Source: Candidatus Latescibacterota bacterium
GTDB taxonomy: Bacteria; Latescibacterota; UBA2968; GCA-2709665
Direction: 5' to 3'
Length of the DNA stretch: 64,000 nucleotides
Assembly (NCBI GenBank): GCA_965222075.1
Contig: OZ244937.1
Span: forward strand, 4,704,001-4,768,000
Below are positions 47,165 through 56,639 of this stretch, one piece after another. Made by a program: the position numbers and the translations under genes. The notes under the pieces were generated by a model, which did not search any database, was not told the DNA's origin, and saw only the letters and a list, made by a program, of their open reading frames with translations. Position 1 is the first letter of the stretch. Each line of letters begins with the position of its first letter.

Positions 47165-48397
47165 CTAAACAAACCCCAGGGCCGTATCGATCAGCCGCTG
47201 TCCCGCCTCCCAGGTCATGGGAGCAGGCAGGTCCGAATTGAACATAAAAGCAGAGTTCGCCTCGTACCCGCCCAGATCCCATCCCGCCTTTGAGGGGAAA
47301 TATCCCGCATGGTCGTTGGCCTGGTTGATCGTCAAAAGCCGGTCATCCGGCCACCGTTGGCGCAATTCCAGCCCCCAGGCACCGAAAAGCTGCCCGGGGA
47401 AGCAGGCCAGGAAGAGGTCCCCGATTCGAAATCCCTGGACTTCCAGTTCGACATCCGAGACCACGGGCGTGCCCCCTTCTCGAAGCCTGAGCTGCTCCTG
47501 CGCCCAGGCCGCAGCGTAGCTCGGCCCTTCCCCGTCCTCTATCAGAAGGCGCAGCCTCTCCACATCCGGGGCCTTGTCCAGCGGGACCGCACAGAGCACG
47601 GATTGGCCGTTCAGTTGATCGGCAGCCTCAAATGCCATCCCTTCGCCCAGCTTCAACACCGAGCCGGCAAGTCCCCCGCCTACCTGCTCCACTTCGGCGA
47701 AATTCTGCTCGGGCCGGTACGGCCCCACATCGCCCAGACAGCCGTTGAAAAACGCGGCCACCCCGCCCCACGTCTCCTCCAGCAGATTGCACATCACCCC
47801 AGGGAAATCGGTGGACCAGTACAGATTTTTCCCCGTCAGAATCGTCGGATGGCAGCCGTAGTTCACCCAGGCCGCCACCGACTGCCCGTGCCCGTCCACA
47901 AACCGCACCAGCCCCAGCGTGGAATCGATCGGCTCATCCACATTGCGCCGATTGTGATGGAACGCCGGTTCCTCCATCTGCGCAAACCCCATTCGCACCG
48001 GCGTCAGGTTCTGGGAAGCTTTCGCCACGGCCGCGACAATCCCCTCAGCCAGATCCACCATATAGCCCGCATCCGGAACCACATCCCGAAACTTGGTTGT
48101 CACCGGTCCGGAATGGGTATGCGTTGTTGCCATCAGGATCTGATCCGCGGGAATTCCCGTCTTCGTCTGGATCGCCTGCCGGATCTCCTGCGTCGTTTCC
48201 CGGTTGATCCCCACCACATCCACCACCACCAGTGCAACCCGTCTCCCCCCCTGAGCGCACACAGTGGCCCGTGCCCAAAGCGGCAGATGCGTACCCACGG
48301 CGGGATCTTCACGGCCGCCGTACCCGGCCATCAACAGCCCCGCCGGCGGCGTCACGTCCCGCTTTGCTGCGCCCAGCATCAACCGATCCGTTTCCAT
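47165..48397 (-). CDS. Neutral/alkaline ceramidase N-terminal-domain-like protein
   Basis: DVTPP...MAGY, THTHSGP, NRR, NYGCHP, GCLGDV and GGYE. Confidence 0.8.
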   Translation of the reverse strand: METDRLMLGAAKRDVTPPAGLLMAGYGGREDPAVGTHLPLWARATVCAQGGRRVALVVVDVVGINRETTQEIRQAIQTKTGIPADQILMATTHTHSGPVTTKFRDVVPDAGYMVDLAEGIVAAVAKASQNLTPVRMGFAQMEEPAFHHNRRNVDEPIDSTLGLVRFVDGHGQSVAAWVNYGCHPTILTGKNLYWSTDFPGVMCNLLEETWGGVAAFFNGCLGDVGPYRPEQNFAEVEQVGGGLAGSVLKLGEGMAFEAADQLNGQSVLCAVPLDKAPDVERLRLLIEDGEGPSYAAAWAQEQLRLREGGTPVVSDVELEVQGFRIGDLFLACFPGQLFGAWGLELRQRWPDDRLLTINQANDHAGYFPSKAGWDLGGYEANSAFMFNSDLPAPMTWEAGQRLIDTALGFV

Positions 48398-48434
48398 ACC
48401 CATCTCCCTTTCGTTCCGCAATCCGCAATTTCCC

Positions 48435-48463
48435 TTGACAGTTCGAACCGGTTTATGTATTTT
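48435..48463 (+). promoter_or_regulatory. sigma70-type promoter of tRNA-Thr
   Basis: TTGACA-N17-TATTTT with an extended TG. Confidence 0.7.
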
Positions 48464-48509
48464 ATATCCACCCATCTTGAACAATAATGGCCTGTTTTTT
48501 CTTACTTTA

Positions 48510-48585
<76 letters not shown>

Positions 48586-48588
48586 CTT

Positions 48589-48630
48589 AAAAAAGGGCTT
48601 GTGTCTGTCCTACACAAGCCCTTTTTCTTT
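48589..48630. terminator. Bidirectional Rho-independent terminator
   Basis: AAAAAAGGGCTTGTGT...ACACAAGCCCTTTTT between the convergent tRNA and transaldolase genes. Confidence 0.85.
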
Positions 48631-48647
48631 GCCCCACCTACCCTCCT

Positions 48648-49316
48648 CTACGCCACCACGCCCTCTTCCTGCTTCTCCTTCCAGGCATTCCAATCGCTCA
48701 AGAAACGCTCCAGTCCCGCATCGGTCAACGGGTGGGTCAGCAGCTTCTTCAACACGTCCGGCGGCAGTGTGGCCACATCGGCCCCCGCCAGCGCCGCCTC
48801 CACCACGTGCAGCGGACTGCGCAGGCTGGCCGCCAGCACCTGGGTATGAAACCCGTAGTTGCCATAAATCTTCTGAATTGTCCGTACCAGATCCATCCCC
48901 ACGTGTCCGATATCGTCCAGCCTCCCCAGAAACGGGCTGATGTAGCTCGCCCCGGCCTTGGCCGCCAGCAGCGCCTGGTTTGGAGAGAAGCAGAGGGTCA
49001 CATTCGTCCGGATCCCCTCCTCGCTGCAGGCCTTGATCGCCTTGAGCCCGTCCGGTGTAATCGGGATCTTCACCACCACATTCTCGTGGATACTTGAAAT
49101 ATGCCGTGCCTCCTCCACCATCACCTGCCATTCTGTGCCCACCACCTCTGCGCTCACCGGTCCGTCCACAATCTCACAGATTGTCAGAATGATATCCTCA
49201 AACGTGCCTTCCTCCTTGGAAACGTGGGTCGGATTTGTCGTCACCCCGTCCAGCACGCCCATGGCATTGGCCTCACGGATCTCATCCAGATCGGCGGTAT
49301 CGATAAAAAACTTCAT
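48648..49316 (-). CDS. fsa: Transaldolase / fructose-6-phosphate aldolase (TalC/Fsa family)
   Basis: [40 protein letters not shown] and HPLTD. Confidence 0.93.
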   Translation of the reverse strand: MKFFIDTADLDEIREANAMGVLDGVTTNPTHVSKEEGTFEDIILTICEIVDGPVSAEVVGTEWQVMVEEARHISSIHENVVVKIPITPDGLKAIKACSEEGIRTNVTLCFSPNQALLAAKAGASYISPFLGRLDDIGHVGMDLVRTIQKIYGNYGFHTQVLAASLRSPLHVVEAALAGADVATLPPDVLKKLLTHPLTDAGLERFLSDWNAWKEKQEEGVVA

Positions 49317-49449
49317 CTTCAGCCTCCTCCTTGTGAACGTTTGTGGGGGAGCTGTTAGATTGATGAATGGAAGCCTGGTTATCCTTCGGCTTGTTTTCCT
49401 CTCCACTGCTCTTGGCAGATTTGGCAATCCAGGCCGGGCCAGGGATTTG

Positions 49450-50493
49450 TTAAAAAACGCGCTCAATCAGAAAGCTGCACATTTCTCTCAGGATCTCCCG
49501 GGCCTCCGAGGGCGGAATCTGGTCCAGATAGGCCTCGGCGCCCTGTGCCCGCTTCAGGCATTCCTCCTCTGTCCTGACAATCGACCCGTAACGCTCCATC
49601 AGGGCAATGGTCCACTCGATCTCTTCAGAGGCGACTTCTGATCGTTCCTGGTCTAAAATCTCCCGCACCCGCCGCTGTTCCTCCGGCGCGCATCGGTGAA
49701 AAAGGTCGATCACCATCAACGTCCGCTTCCCCTCTGCAATATCTCCTCCCCGCTCTTTGCCGTATCCACCCGCTGTTGTCGTGGGCGCCGTAGACGCATC
49801 TTCGGCACAGACCATCAGGTTCAACAGGTCGTCCCGGATCTGAAACGCCACGGCCATCGCCTCGCCGAAGTCCCCGATTGCCTGCTTCTGATCCTCCGAT
49901 GCCCCTGCAATAATCGCACCCGCCGTGCAGGGCCCCCGGCCGCTGTACCACCCCGTTTTCAGCCGCAGCATCTCGATAAACGCTTCGGCTTTAGGGATCT
50001 CCTCCGCCTCAATCCACCCGATGTCATAGGCCTGTCCCTCAAATGTCAGGCGCGCCCCTCGAATCATCTCCTGAAGCAGATCAAGCGTGGTCGCATCTCC
50101 CAGAATTTCCCGGTTATCCGCCAGAATTTCAAACACCTTGGAGTAAAGCGCATCCCCCACATTAATGCTGAGCGGAATCCCGTGCAGCCGGTGAAGACAG
50201 GGCTTCCCCCGCCGCATCTCCGACCCATCTTCAATATCGTCGTGGATAAGCGCGAACGAGTGAAACATCTCAAAGGCCGCCGCCGTACGCAGGGCCGCCT
50301 CCTTCTTTCCCCCCAGGGCCTCACACGCCAACAGCACCAGCACCGACCGGAACCGTTTCCCCCCCCGGATCGGGTAGTCTCGCATCGGTTCGTAGAGAAA
50401 GGCGTGGGGCTCCGCCTCGGGCAGAAAGGAAAACATCTCCGCGTTGATCAACGGTACATTTTCTTCAAGGAACGTCTTTAACCTTGTTTTCAC
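49450..50493 (-). CDS. Polyprenyl diphosphate synthase (short-chain GGPP-synthase-like)
   Basis: GGKRFR; [15 protein letters not shown]; GQ..D; KT; [13 protein letters not shown]; DIAEGKRT. Confidence 0.9.
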   Translation of the reverse strand: MKTRLKTFLEENVPLINAEMFSFLPEAEPHAFLYEPMRDYPIRGGKRFRSVLVLLACEALGGKKEAALRTAAAFEMFHSFALIHDDIEDGSEMRRGKPCLHRLHGIPLSINVGDALYSKVFEILADNREILGDATTLDLLQEMIRGARLTFEGQAYDIGWIEAEEIPKAEAFIEMLRLKTGWYSGRGPCTAGAIIAGASEDQKQAIGDFGEAMAVAFQIRDDLLNLMVCAEDASTAPTTTAGGYGKERGGDIAEGKRTLMVIDLFHRCAPEEQRRVREILDQERSEVASEEIEWTIALMERYGSIVRTEEECLKRAQGAEAYLDQIPPSEAREILREMCSFLIERVF

Positions 50494-50515
50494 GGAATCC
50501 CTTCACATTACGCCT

Positions 50516-52981
50516 TCACTTCCTGAATCCCCTCACCTTCTTCCGAATCTTCGCCTCAACATTGGCCGGCATCGGATGGACCGGAATCGGAGCGGAGGCA
50601 TCCGACTGGACCGACGCGGAGACAGGATCGTCCCCTAAGGTCACCTCAGCCACCAAACGCGGCCGCTTTGGAATATAAGCCTCTCGCTCCAGCAGGGCGT
50701 AAAGCAGAACCAGCGCCGCCTCTTTGTCCGGGATCGTCCCCTGCGTCCCACCATCGTCTCCCATAGGCGGCAGCGGCGCCCCCACGCACGAGGGGCACCC
50801 CTCCTCGCACCCGCACTCGGAGACCACCATCAAGCAAGCGGCGACCACTTCCTCCATCATCTCGTAAACTTTTTCGGAAAACCCGACCCCCCCCGGATGC
50901 CGGTCGTACACAAACAGGGTGGGACGCCCCGTATTCGAGCTGTCGATCGTCGTTCCAATATCCGTCACGTCACACATTGCAAATAAAGGGATGACCTCGG
51001 CCAGCACATTGGCAATCCCTTTCAACCCATCCGACGGCACCCGTCCAAACTCCCGGCAGCGGCGCAGCGCATCCGCAGGGGGAATCAACCAGCATCCTGC
51101 TGTATCCAGGGCGATCGAAGGGAGATCCAGATTTTCCCAGCCAATGCTGTCCCGATCCTCAAACTTCACCTTTTTGAACATCATCACCAAGGTCGAGACA
51201 GACACCTCGCCAAAACAGATCCGGCTCACCCGCCAGCCCGACTCCATCTCGGTCTCATTTACCCGAATCGTGGTCTTGTCAACTGCCTGGGTGTAGTAAT
51301 CCAGCCCCTGCTGGCTGACCCTGGCAACCTTTCGTTCCACATCCAGCACGTCCACAAAATAGGTCTGTGCATTGTGCATGTACACCGCATGGGTATGCAG
51401 CTGAAAAAAGGCGCTGATCTCATCCAGCGTCCCAATCACCTCCGGCCCGTCATCCCGTTCCACAACAATCGTATATGTCGGATCGCTGATGTTGCGCAGG
51501 CTCACCTCGGCCGCCGGATAGCCCGACCGGCTGTAGTACCAGCGTCCACCAATCTGCCTCGCCTGCCCCTCCTCCTCCAAGATCTCCAGCATGGCCCCGG
51601 TAAACTCCCCCACCATCTCCCCTTCTTCCCCCCGGACCGGCAGTTCCCGCAGGGCACACCGGAGGTGCCCTACCGCCACGTGGGGGTTGTTCGGATCGAT
51701 CGTCGCGTGTTCTGGAGACTGCCCGAAGAAGTAGCCCGGGTCGCGCATCAGGAACTGGTCGATAGGCGCATTGTGGGCAATAAAAACCGCCAGAGACTCA
51801 TCGGCCTTTCGTCCCGCACGCCCCGCCTGCTGCCACATACTGGCGATCGTTCCTGGATAGCCCACAACCAGAGCGGCATCCAGCCCCCCGATATCGATCC
51901 CCAGCTCCAGCGCATTGGTGCTGACCACCCCCAGCAGTTCCCCTTCAAACAGCATTCGCTCGATCTCCCGCCGCTCGGTGGGCAAGTACCCGCCCCGGTA
52001 AGCCCGGATCGCCCGGGCCAGTTTGGGCCCTACCCGCGAAAGATCCTCCTGGCAGTAGTGGTAAATGACCTCCGCAGTGGTCCGGGCGCGTACAAATGCA
52101 ATCGTCTGCACCCGCGCCTGAATCAGCGTTGTCAGCAGCCACCGGGCCTCCGTATTGGAACTGCGCCGGTCGCTGGTGCTCCCCTCTAAGAAGGGGGGAT
52201 TCCAGAAAACGAAACGCCGCGCCCCACGGGGCGACCCGTCGTTGTCAACCAGCGCCATCCCCCGCCCGGTCAGGCCCTCGGCCAGCTCCTTGGGATTGGC
52301 AATGGTGGCCGAACTACAAACAAACTGAGGGTCGGCGCCGTAATGCACGCAGATTCGGCTCAACCGGCGGATCACATTGGCCACATGGGACCCGAACACC
52401 CCCCGGTAGGTGTGCACCTCATCCAGGACCACATAGCGGAGATTCTGAAAAAACCGCGCCCAGCGAGGATGGTTGGGCAAAATGCCCTGGTGTAGCATAT
52501 CGGGATTTGTAAGAATCACCCGCCCCTCTTCCCGAAGCCGCCGGCGCAGATTGGGCGGAGTATCTCCATCATATGTTCCCGACATAAATTGCAGCGCCGG
52601 GGCCATTTCTCCGAACCGGAGCAGCCCCCGGGCCTGATCCTGCGCCAGCGCCTTGGTGGGAAAGAGATAGAGAGCCGTGGCTTCCCCATTTAAAATGAGC
52701 GCCTCCAGCGTGGGAATCTGGTAACAGAGGGTCTTTCCGCTGGCCGTGGACGTAACCACCGTTACGTGCGCGCCGCCCCGCAGCGCGGTCAGCGCCTCTG
52801 CTTGGTGGGTGTAGAGCCGCTCGATGCCGAGTTGGCGGAGGGCATCGGTCACGGTCGGATGCAGATCCCCCTCAACACTGGCAAACCGGGGCTCTCGGAC
52901 GGGCATAGACTCAACATGAGCGATCTGCCCACCGTAGTCGTACGCGTTTCGGATCTGACTGAGAAACCGTGCAAAATCCAT
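50516..52981 (-). CDS. DEAD/DEAH-box helicase with DUF1998 (MrfA/Hrq1/SftH family)
   Basis: TASGKT, PTKALAQDQ, DEVH, SAT, TNALELGIDIG, QQAGRAGR and C-terminal CGCEEGCPSC. Confidence 0.92.
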   Translation of the reverse strand: MDFARFLSQIRNAYDYGGQIAHVESMPVREPRFASVEGDLHPTVTDALRQLGIERLYTHQAEALTALRGGAHVTVVTSTASGKTLCYQIPTLEALILNGEATALYLFPTKALAQDQARGLLRFGEMAPALQFMSGTYDGDTPPNLRRRLREEGRVILTNPDMLHQGILPNHPRWARFFQNLRYVVLDEVHTYRGVFGSHVANVIRRLSRICVHYGADPQFVCSSATIANPKELAEGLTGRGMALVDNDGSPRGARRFVFWNPPFLEGSTSDRRSSNTEARWLLTTLIQARVQTIAFVRARTTAEVIYHYCQEDLSRVGPKLARAIRAYRGGYLPTERREIERMLFEGELLGVVSTNALELGIDIGGLDAALVVGYPGTIASMWQQAGRAGRKADESLAVFIAHNAPIDQFLMRDPGYFFGQSPEHATIDPNNPHVAVGHLRCALRELPVRGEEGEMVGEFTGAMLEILEEEGQARQIGGRWYYSRSGYPAAEVSLRNISDPTYTIVVERDDGPEVIGTLDEISAFFQLHTHAVYMHNAQTYFVDVLDVERKVARVSQQGLDYYTQAVDKTTIRVNETEMESGWRVSRICFGEVSVSTLVMMFKKVKFEDRDSIGWENLDLPSIALDTAGCWLIPPADALRRCREFGRVPSDGLKGIANVLAEVIPLFAMCDVTDIGTTIDSSNTGRPTLFVYDRHPGGVGFSEKVYEMMEEVVAACLMVVSECGCEEGCPSCVGAPLPPMGDDGGTQGTIPDKEAALVLLYALLEREAYIPKRPRLVAEVTLGDDPVSASVQSDASAPIPVHPMPANVEAKIRKKVRGFRK

Positions 52982-53081
52982 GCAGGAGGCAAGAGAAAAA
53001 AGCGTGGAAAAGGCAGGAGGAGGCTGGGGAAAGCATCTATCACACAATATAGTCGGAAGGCCCGCCCCGGTCAACTTATTT

Positions 53082-54083
53082 TCACAAGCATAAATTGCAC
53101 ATTGTCCATCCTCCCACCAGAAGGAGGCATCCAACTTTCAATTTCTTATATGCATCAAACACGATCTGCAAATCCCTTTTCGCCCTGGAGAAATCCGAAT
53201 AAGGCCTCCTGGACCTATCCCCCAGACAACGGAGAAAATCCTGGATCATCCCGTGATATCCCATCATGTCTTTAAATCCCGGGAAAAACAGCCCGGATCT
53301 CCCCTTTGCGTTTAAAAAAACGTAGATCCCGTTGTTCTCAAACGTAATGCTACCCTTTTTGCCCAGAATATGTGAATGCTGCAGGATGCCTTTCGTCAGG
53401 CTTCTTGTATTCCAGGAATATTCCAACGTTGCCCGCGAACCATCCGGATATGCCAGTGTGATAACCGAATGCCGCTCCGCTTCTCCTTTTTGACAATGGG
53501 GAAACCTGGCGCAGACGCTTTGGGGAGCACATGCAAAAAAATCGGAAAGCAGCGCCACGAAATGAATGCCCCCTTCCAGCAGTGCCCCATACCGGCTCTT
53601 CCAGCCCGAAGCGGCCTGGGTAAAAAGCTTCTTCACGGCAACAGATTCAATATCGCCGATAACATCATCCTGGATAAGCGCCTTTATTTTTGCCAGCGAC
53701 GGCTTGTAATAGTAATTTTCTGCAACCATTAAAAATCCGTCTGGCTTTCCTCTTAAAGCGCTTTCAACTTCATCGACCTCATCCTGCGAAACGCACATCG
53801 GCTTTTCAACCAGAACGGCCTTTCCCGCTTCTAAGGACTGAACGATCTGTTCCTTGTGAAATTCAGGGGGAGATGCAAGCACCACAGCGGTAATTTCGGA
53901 GGACGCCAAGACCTGGTCAAGACGGTCAAAAATACCACCTCCCCCAAATGCATGGTTAAATTTCTCGGCACTGCTCCTTGACCGGCTGTAGAAAAACAGA
54001 TCGACCAAACCGGACAGACGCCTGGCATGCACGCCGCCGATGGTTCCGCAACCGACCAGACAGATCTTTTCCACACGATTCAC
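53082..54083 (-). CDS. Gfo/Idh/MocA oxidoreductase
   Basis: LVGCGTIG, GKAVLVEKP and GALLEGGIH. Confidence 0.88.
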   Translation of the reverse strand: MNRVEKICLVGCGTIGGVHARRLSGLVDLFFYSRSRSSAEKFNHAFGGGGIFDRLDQVLASSEITAVVLASPPEFHKEQIVQSLEAGKAVLVEKPMCVSQDEVDEVESALRGKPDGFLMVAENYYYKPSLAKIKALIQDDVIGDIESVAVKKLFTQAASGWKSRYGALLEGGIHFVALLSDFFACAPQSVCARFPHCQKGEAERHSVITLAYPDGSRATLEYSWNTRSLTKGILQHSHILGKKGSITFENNGIYVFLNAKGRSGLFFPGFKDMMGYHGMIQDFLRCLGDRSRRPYSDFSRAKRDLQIVFDAYKKLKVGCLLLVGGWTMCNLCL

Positions 54084-55582
54084 CCAAACGCGTCCTGTAT
54101 ATAATCCGCAACCCGCAGTGCATTGGCCGCAATCGTCAGGCTCGGATTAACCCCGCCCGGGGAGGGCATAAAACTCCCGTCCAGCACGAACAGATTGTCG
54201 ATTCCCCAGAAGAGGCAGTTTTTGTCTAAAACGCTTTCCTTTGGGTCATTCCCAAAACGCAGCGTCCCCACCGCATGGGAAAACGAATCCAGATTGTAAG
54301 CATAAGAGAGTATGCCTCCGGCCTGTTTCATAATCCTCTTGGCTTTATCCACCAGATAATCTCTGCGCTCACAGTCCCTGGACGAGTATTGGTGGACAAC
54401 TTTGACAATCTCCAAACCGTACACATCGATTTCTGATGACAGGCCGACCGCATTGTCAAAGCTTGGATCATCTTCCGCAATACAGAGCACGTTCTGGATA
54501 CATCTTTCCAGCAACGCCACCAGATGCTTAGCGCCTCTTGGCGCATAATGTTTCAATACGTTGGATGAAGGCGTGCGAAGATCCTGTATAATGCCCGTGG
54601 AACTGCCGTATTTTTTTCGGAAATCTTCATAAAAATCCGTCAGACAGACCTGTTTGTGAAACGTATTGTCCGGATTGGTCTGAAAAGGAAAAACCGTGGC
54701 GACAGTGGCATTGCAGTGCCGCATCAGAAATTTGCCGATGAACGTGTGGTTCTCATATTTCTCTAAGTGTGAGCGCAGCAAAATGGCCGGACTGTGGATT
54801 GCGCCTGCGCTGAGAACCACAACCGTCGCAGAAAGCTCGAACGTCCGTTTTGCGCTTTGGTCAATACACACTACGGAGGTAATTTTACCGTTTTTCTCGA
54901 CAAAGCGCTTAACAACAACATCCGGCATAATCTCAAAATCAAACGCCTGGGCCTTCCGTAAAATCGTCGTGGTCAAATCGTTCTTGGCTTCAATTTTACA
55001 GGGATGTCCGTCACAGGTAAGACACTTTATGCACACCGTTCTGGACGTATTGGTAAAATTGATTGCTAAAGGAATCTTAAAAGGCCTGTACCCCAGCTTG
55101 CGGGCTGCTCTGTCGATCCGAATGGCGGGCAGCGTGAGGTCTATGCTCTTAAACGGATAATCTGTTGAACGCGCCGGTTCGTAAATATCCTGTCCCGCTT
55201 CCCCATGAACCTCAAGCAGGTGTTCGGATTTACCGTAATACGGTTCCAGATTCGTATAACGGATCGGCCATGTCGCGAAATCATTTTCGCGCAACCTCAG
55301 CGATGCGCCGCCGTAAAAAACCGACATCCCCCCGACAACCTCATTCGGGTAAACCGCTTTAAAATCATTATCATTATACTGCTTAACAAAAATAGGAGAC
55401 TTACCCTTATATCTCTGCTTGAGGAGTATCCTTTCCTGGTCCCAGTCCAGGGCATCTCTCTTGGCCCGGTTTCCGCGCTCTACCAAAAGCGTTTTCAAAC
55501 CCGCTTTTGCAAGAGAATAGGCGGCGGCCGAGCCCCCAAACCCTGAGCCAACGATAATGGCATCAAACTGAGTTGACTTCAT
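54080..55582 (-). CDS. GMC family FAD oxidoreductase
   Basis: IVGSGFGG, VGGMSVFYG, CIKCLTC, HAVGTLRFG and NPSLTIAANALR. Confidence 0.9.
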   Translation of the reverse strand: MKSTQFDAIIVGSGFGGSAAAYSLAKAGLKTLLVERGNRAKRDALDWDQERILLKQRYKGKSPIFVKQYNDNDFKAVYPNEVVGGMSVFYGGASLRLRENDFATWPIRYTNLEPYYGKSEHLLEVHGEAGQDIYEPARSTDYPFKSIDLTLPAIRIDRAARKLGYRPFKIPLAINFTNTSRTVCIKCLTCDGHPCKIEAKNDLTTTILRKAQAFDFEIMPDVVVKRFVEKNGKITSVVCIDQSAKRTFELSATVVVLSAGAIHSPAILLRSHLEKYENHTFIGKFLMRHCNATVATVFPFQTNPDNTFHKQVCLTDFYEDFRKKYGSSTGIIQDLRTPSSNVLKHYAPRGAKHLVALLERCIQNVLCIAEDDPSFDNAVGLSSEIDVYGLEIVKVVHQYSSRDCERRDYLVDKAKRIMKQAGGILSYAYNLDSFSHAVGTLRFGNDPKESVLDKNCLFWGIDNLFVLDGSFMPSPGGVNPSLTIAANALRVADYIQDAFG

Positions 55583-56363
55583 AGATATAGAGCACAATCA
55601 AACCTGCGATGATCACCCAGGCCAGGTAGTGAAATCTCTCGCGTGTGTCGATACACGCCTGAATCTTGGGCAAATCGGGCTTGAATTTTCCGGATATGGT
55701 TCGCTGAACATACGTCTTGTAATATTCAACCAGAAATCTCTCCAGCCCGCCGTTCATATAAATCAGATAGCCCAGGGGGACGGGTGTCAGTGGGTTGTCC
55801 ACAAAGTAGAACAAAGGCGAACATACCGCCAGGACTAAGGCCGACCTTTGAAACTTCAACCACTTGAACCCTTCAAAGGGCGCGTCTTTATAAGCCCCGC
55901 CCAACCCCATGAGCAGTCCGGATAAATAAGCCGCAATCAGGAAATCGGTAAAGCTCTGCATCTTGAGGTCAATAAACAGCAAACAGAAAACACCGATAAT
56001 CAGAACCGCGCCGGCGCCGTATCTTAACAGATCGCTCCCTACATAATTCCCCAGAAATGTGATCCTCGAAGGGACGAAGTATTTGGACTGGTCTTCGGTT
56101 CTGAAAAACCCCTTGTAGAGTTCGGCGATAAACCGTTCAAGCCCCATAATCAGGAAAAAGATCTGGAACAGGCCCAACTTTGAAAAGCTGTCCTGAAAAA
56201 AGGGCAGGTAGTAAAGCAGAAGAAAAATGACAATGTGGAAATAGACGCTTCGGGGGAACGTCCTGAGTTTCAACCCTTCATAGGGCGAATCTTTGAAAGC
56301 GCCCCAAAAAGAGGTATACAGTCCGGAAACGATACTTAGGGTTAAGAGAATAAATAGATTCAT
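55563..56363 (-). CDS. Integral membrane protein of unknown function with internal duplication
   Basis: Multiple hydrophobic segments; two copies each of GA[FY]KDxP[YF]EG and GLERF. Confidence 0.75.
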   Translation of the reverse strand: MNLFILLTLSIVSGLYTSFWGAFKDSPYEGLKLRTFPRSVYFHIVIFLLLYYLPFFQDSFSKLGLFQIFFLIMGLERFIAELYKGFFRTEDQSKYFVPSRITFLGNYVGSDLLRYGAGAVLIIGVFCLLFIDLKMQSFTDFLIAAYLSGLLMGLGGAYKDAPFEGFKWLKFQRSALVLAVCSPLFYFVDNPLTPVPLGYLIYMNGGLERFLVEYYKTYVQRTISGKFKPDLPKIQACIDTRERFHYLAWVIIAGLIVLYIYEVNSV

Positions 56364-56639
56364 GTTTTCAGGGACAAGACAAGATCCAAAGGCCTATAGA
56401 AATAGAGGTGATAAAATAAAATTTCCACAGACAGGAGTCAAGGAGTACAAAAAAACAGAACGTGCAAATAAACAGCACATTCTGCCATCCAAGTAGGACC
56501 GGTGAAGTATTTGATAAGCCGTCTGAACCAGAGAGAGTGTCATTTGGAGATGCTGGCCATTTACACGGTTCGGTTTATACTCTCGAACCAGAATCTTCTA
56601 TCGGTCGTTGAATATTGCCATGACACCCAATCTGCAATC

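Noticed and set aside
50516-52981. DUF1998 helicase as part of a DISARM/Druantia-type defence system
   Set aside because: It has a stand-alone MrfA/Hrq1 architecture among housekeeping genes, with no drm, MTase or PLD partners adjacent.
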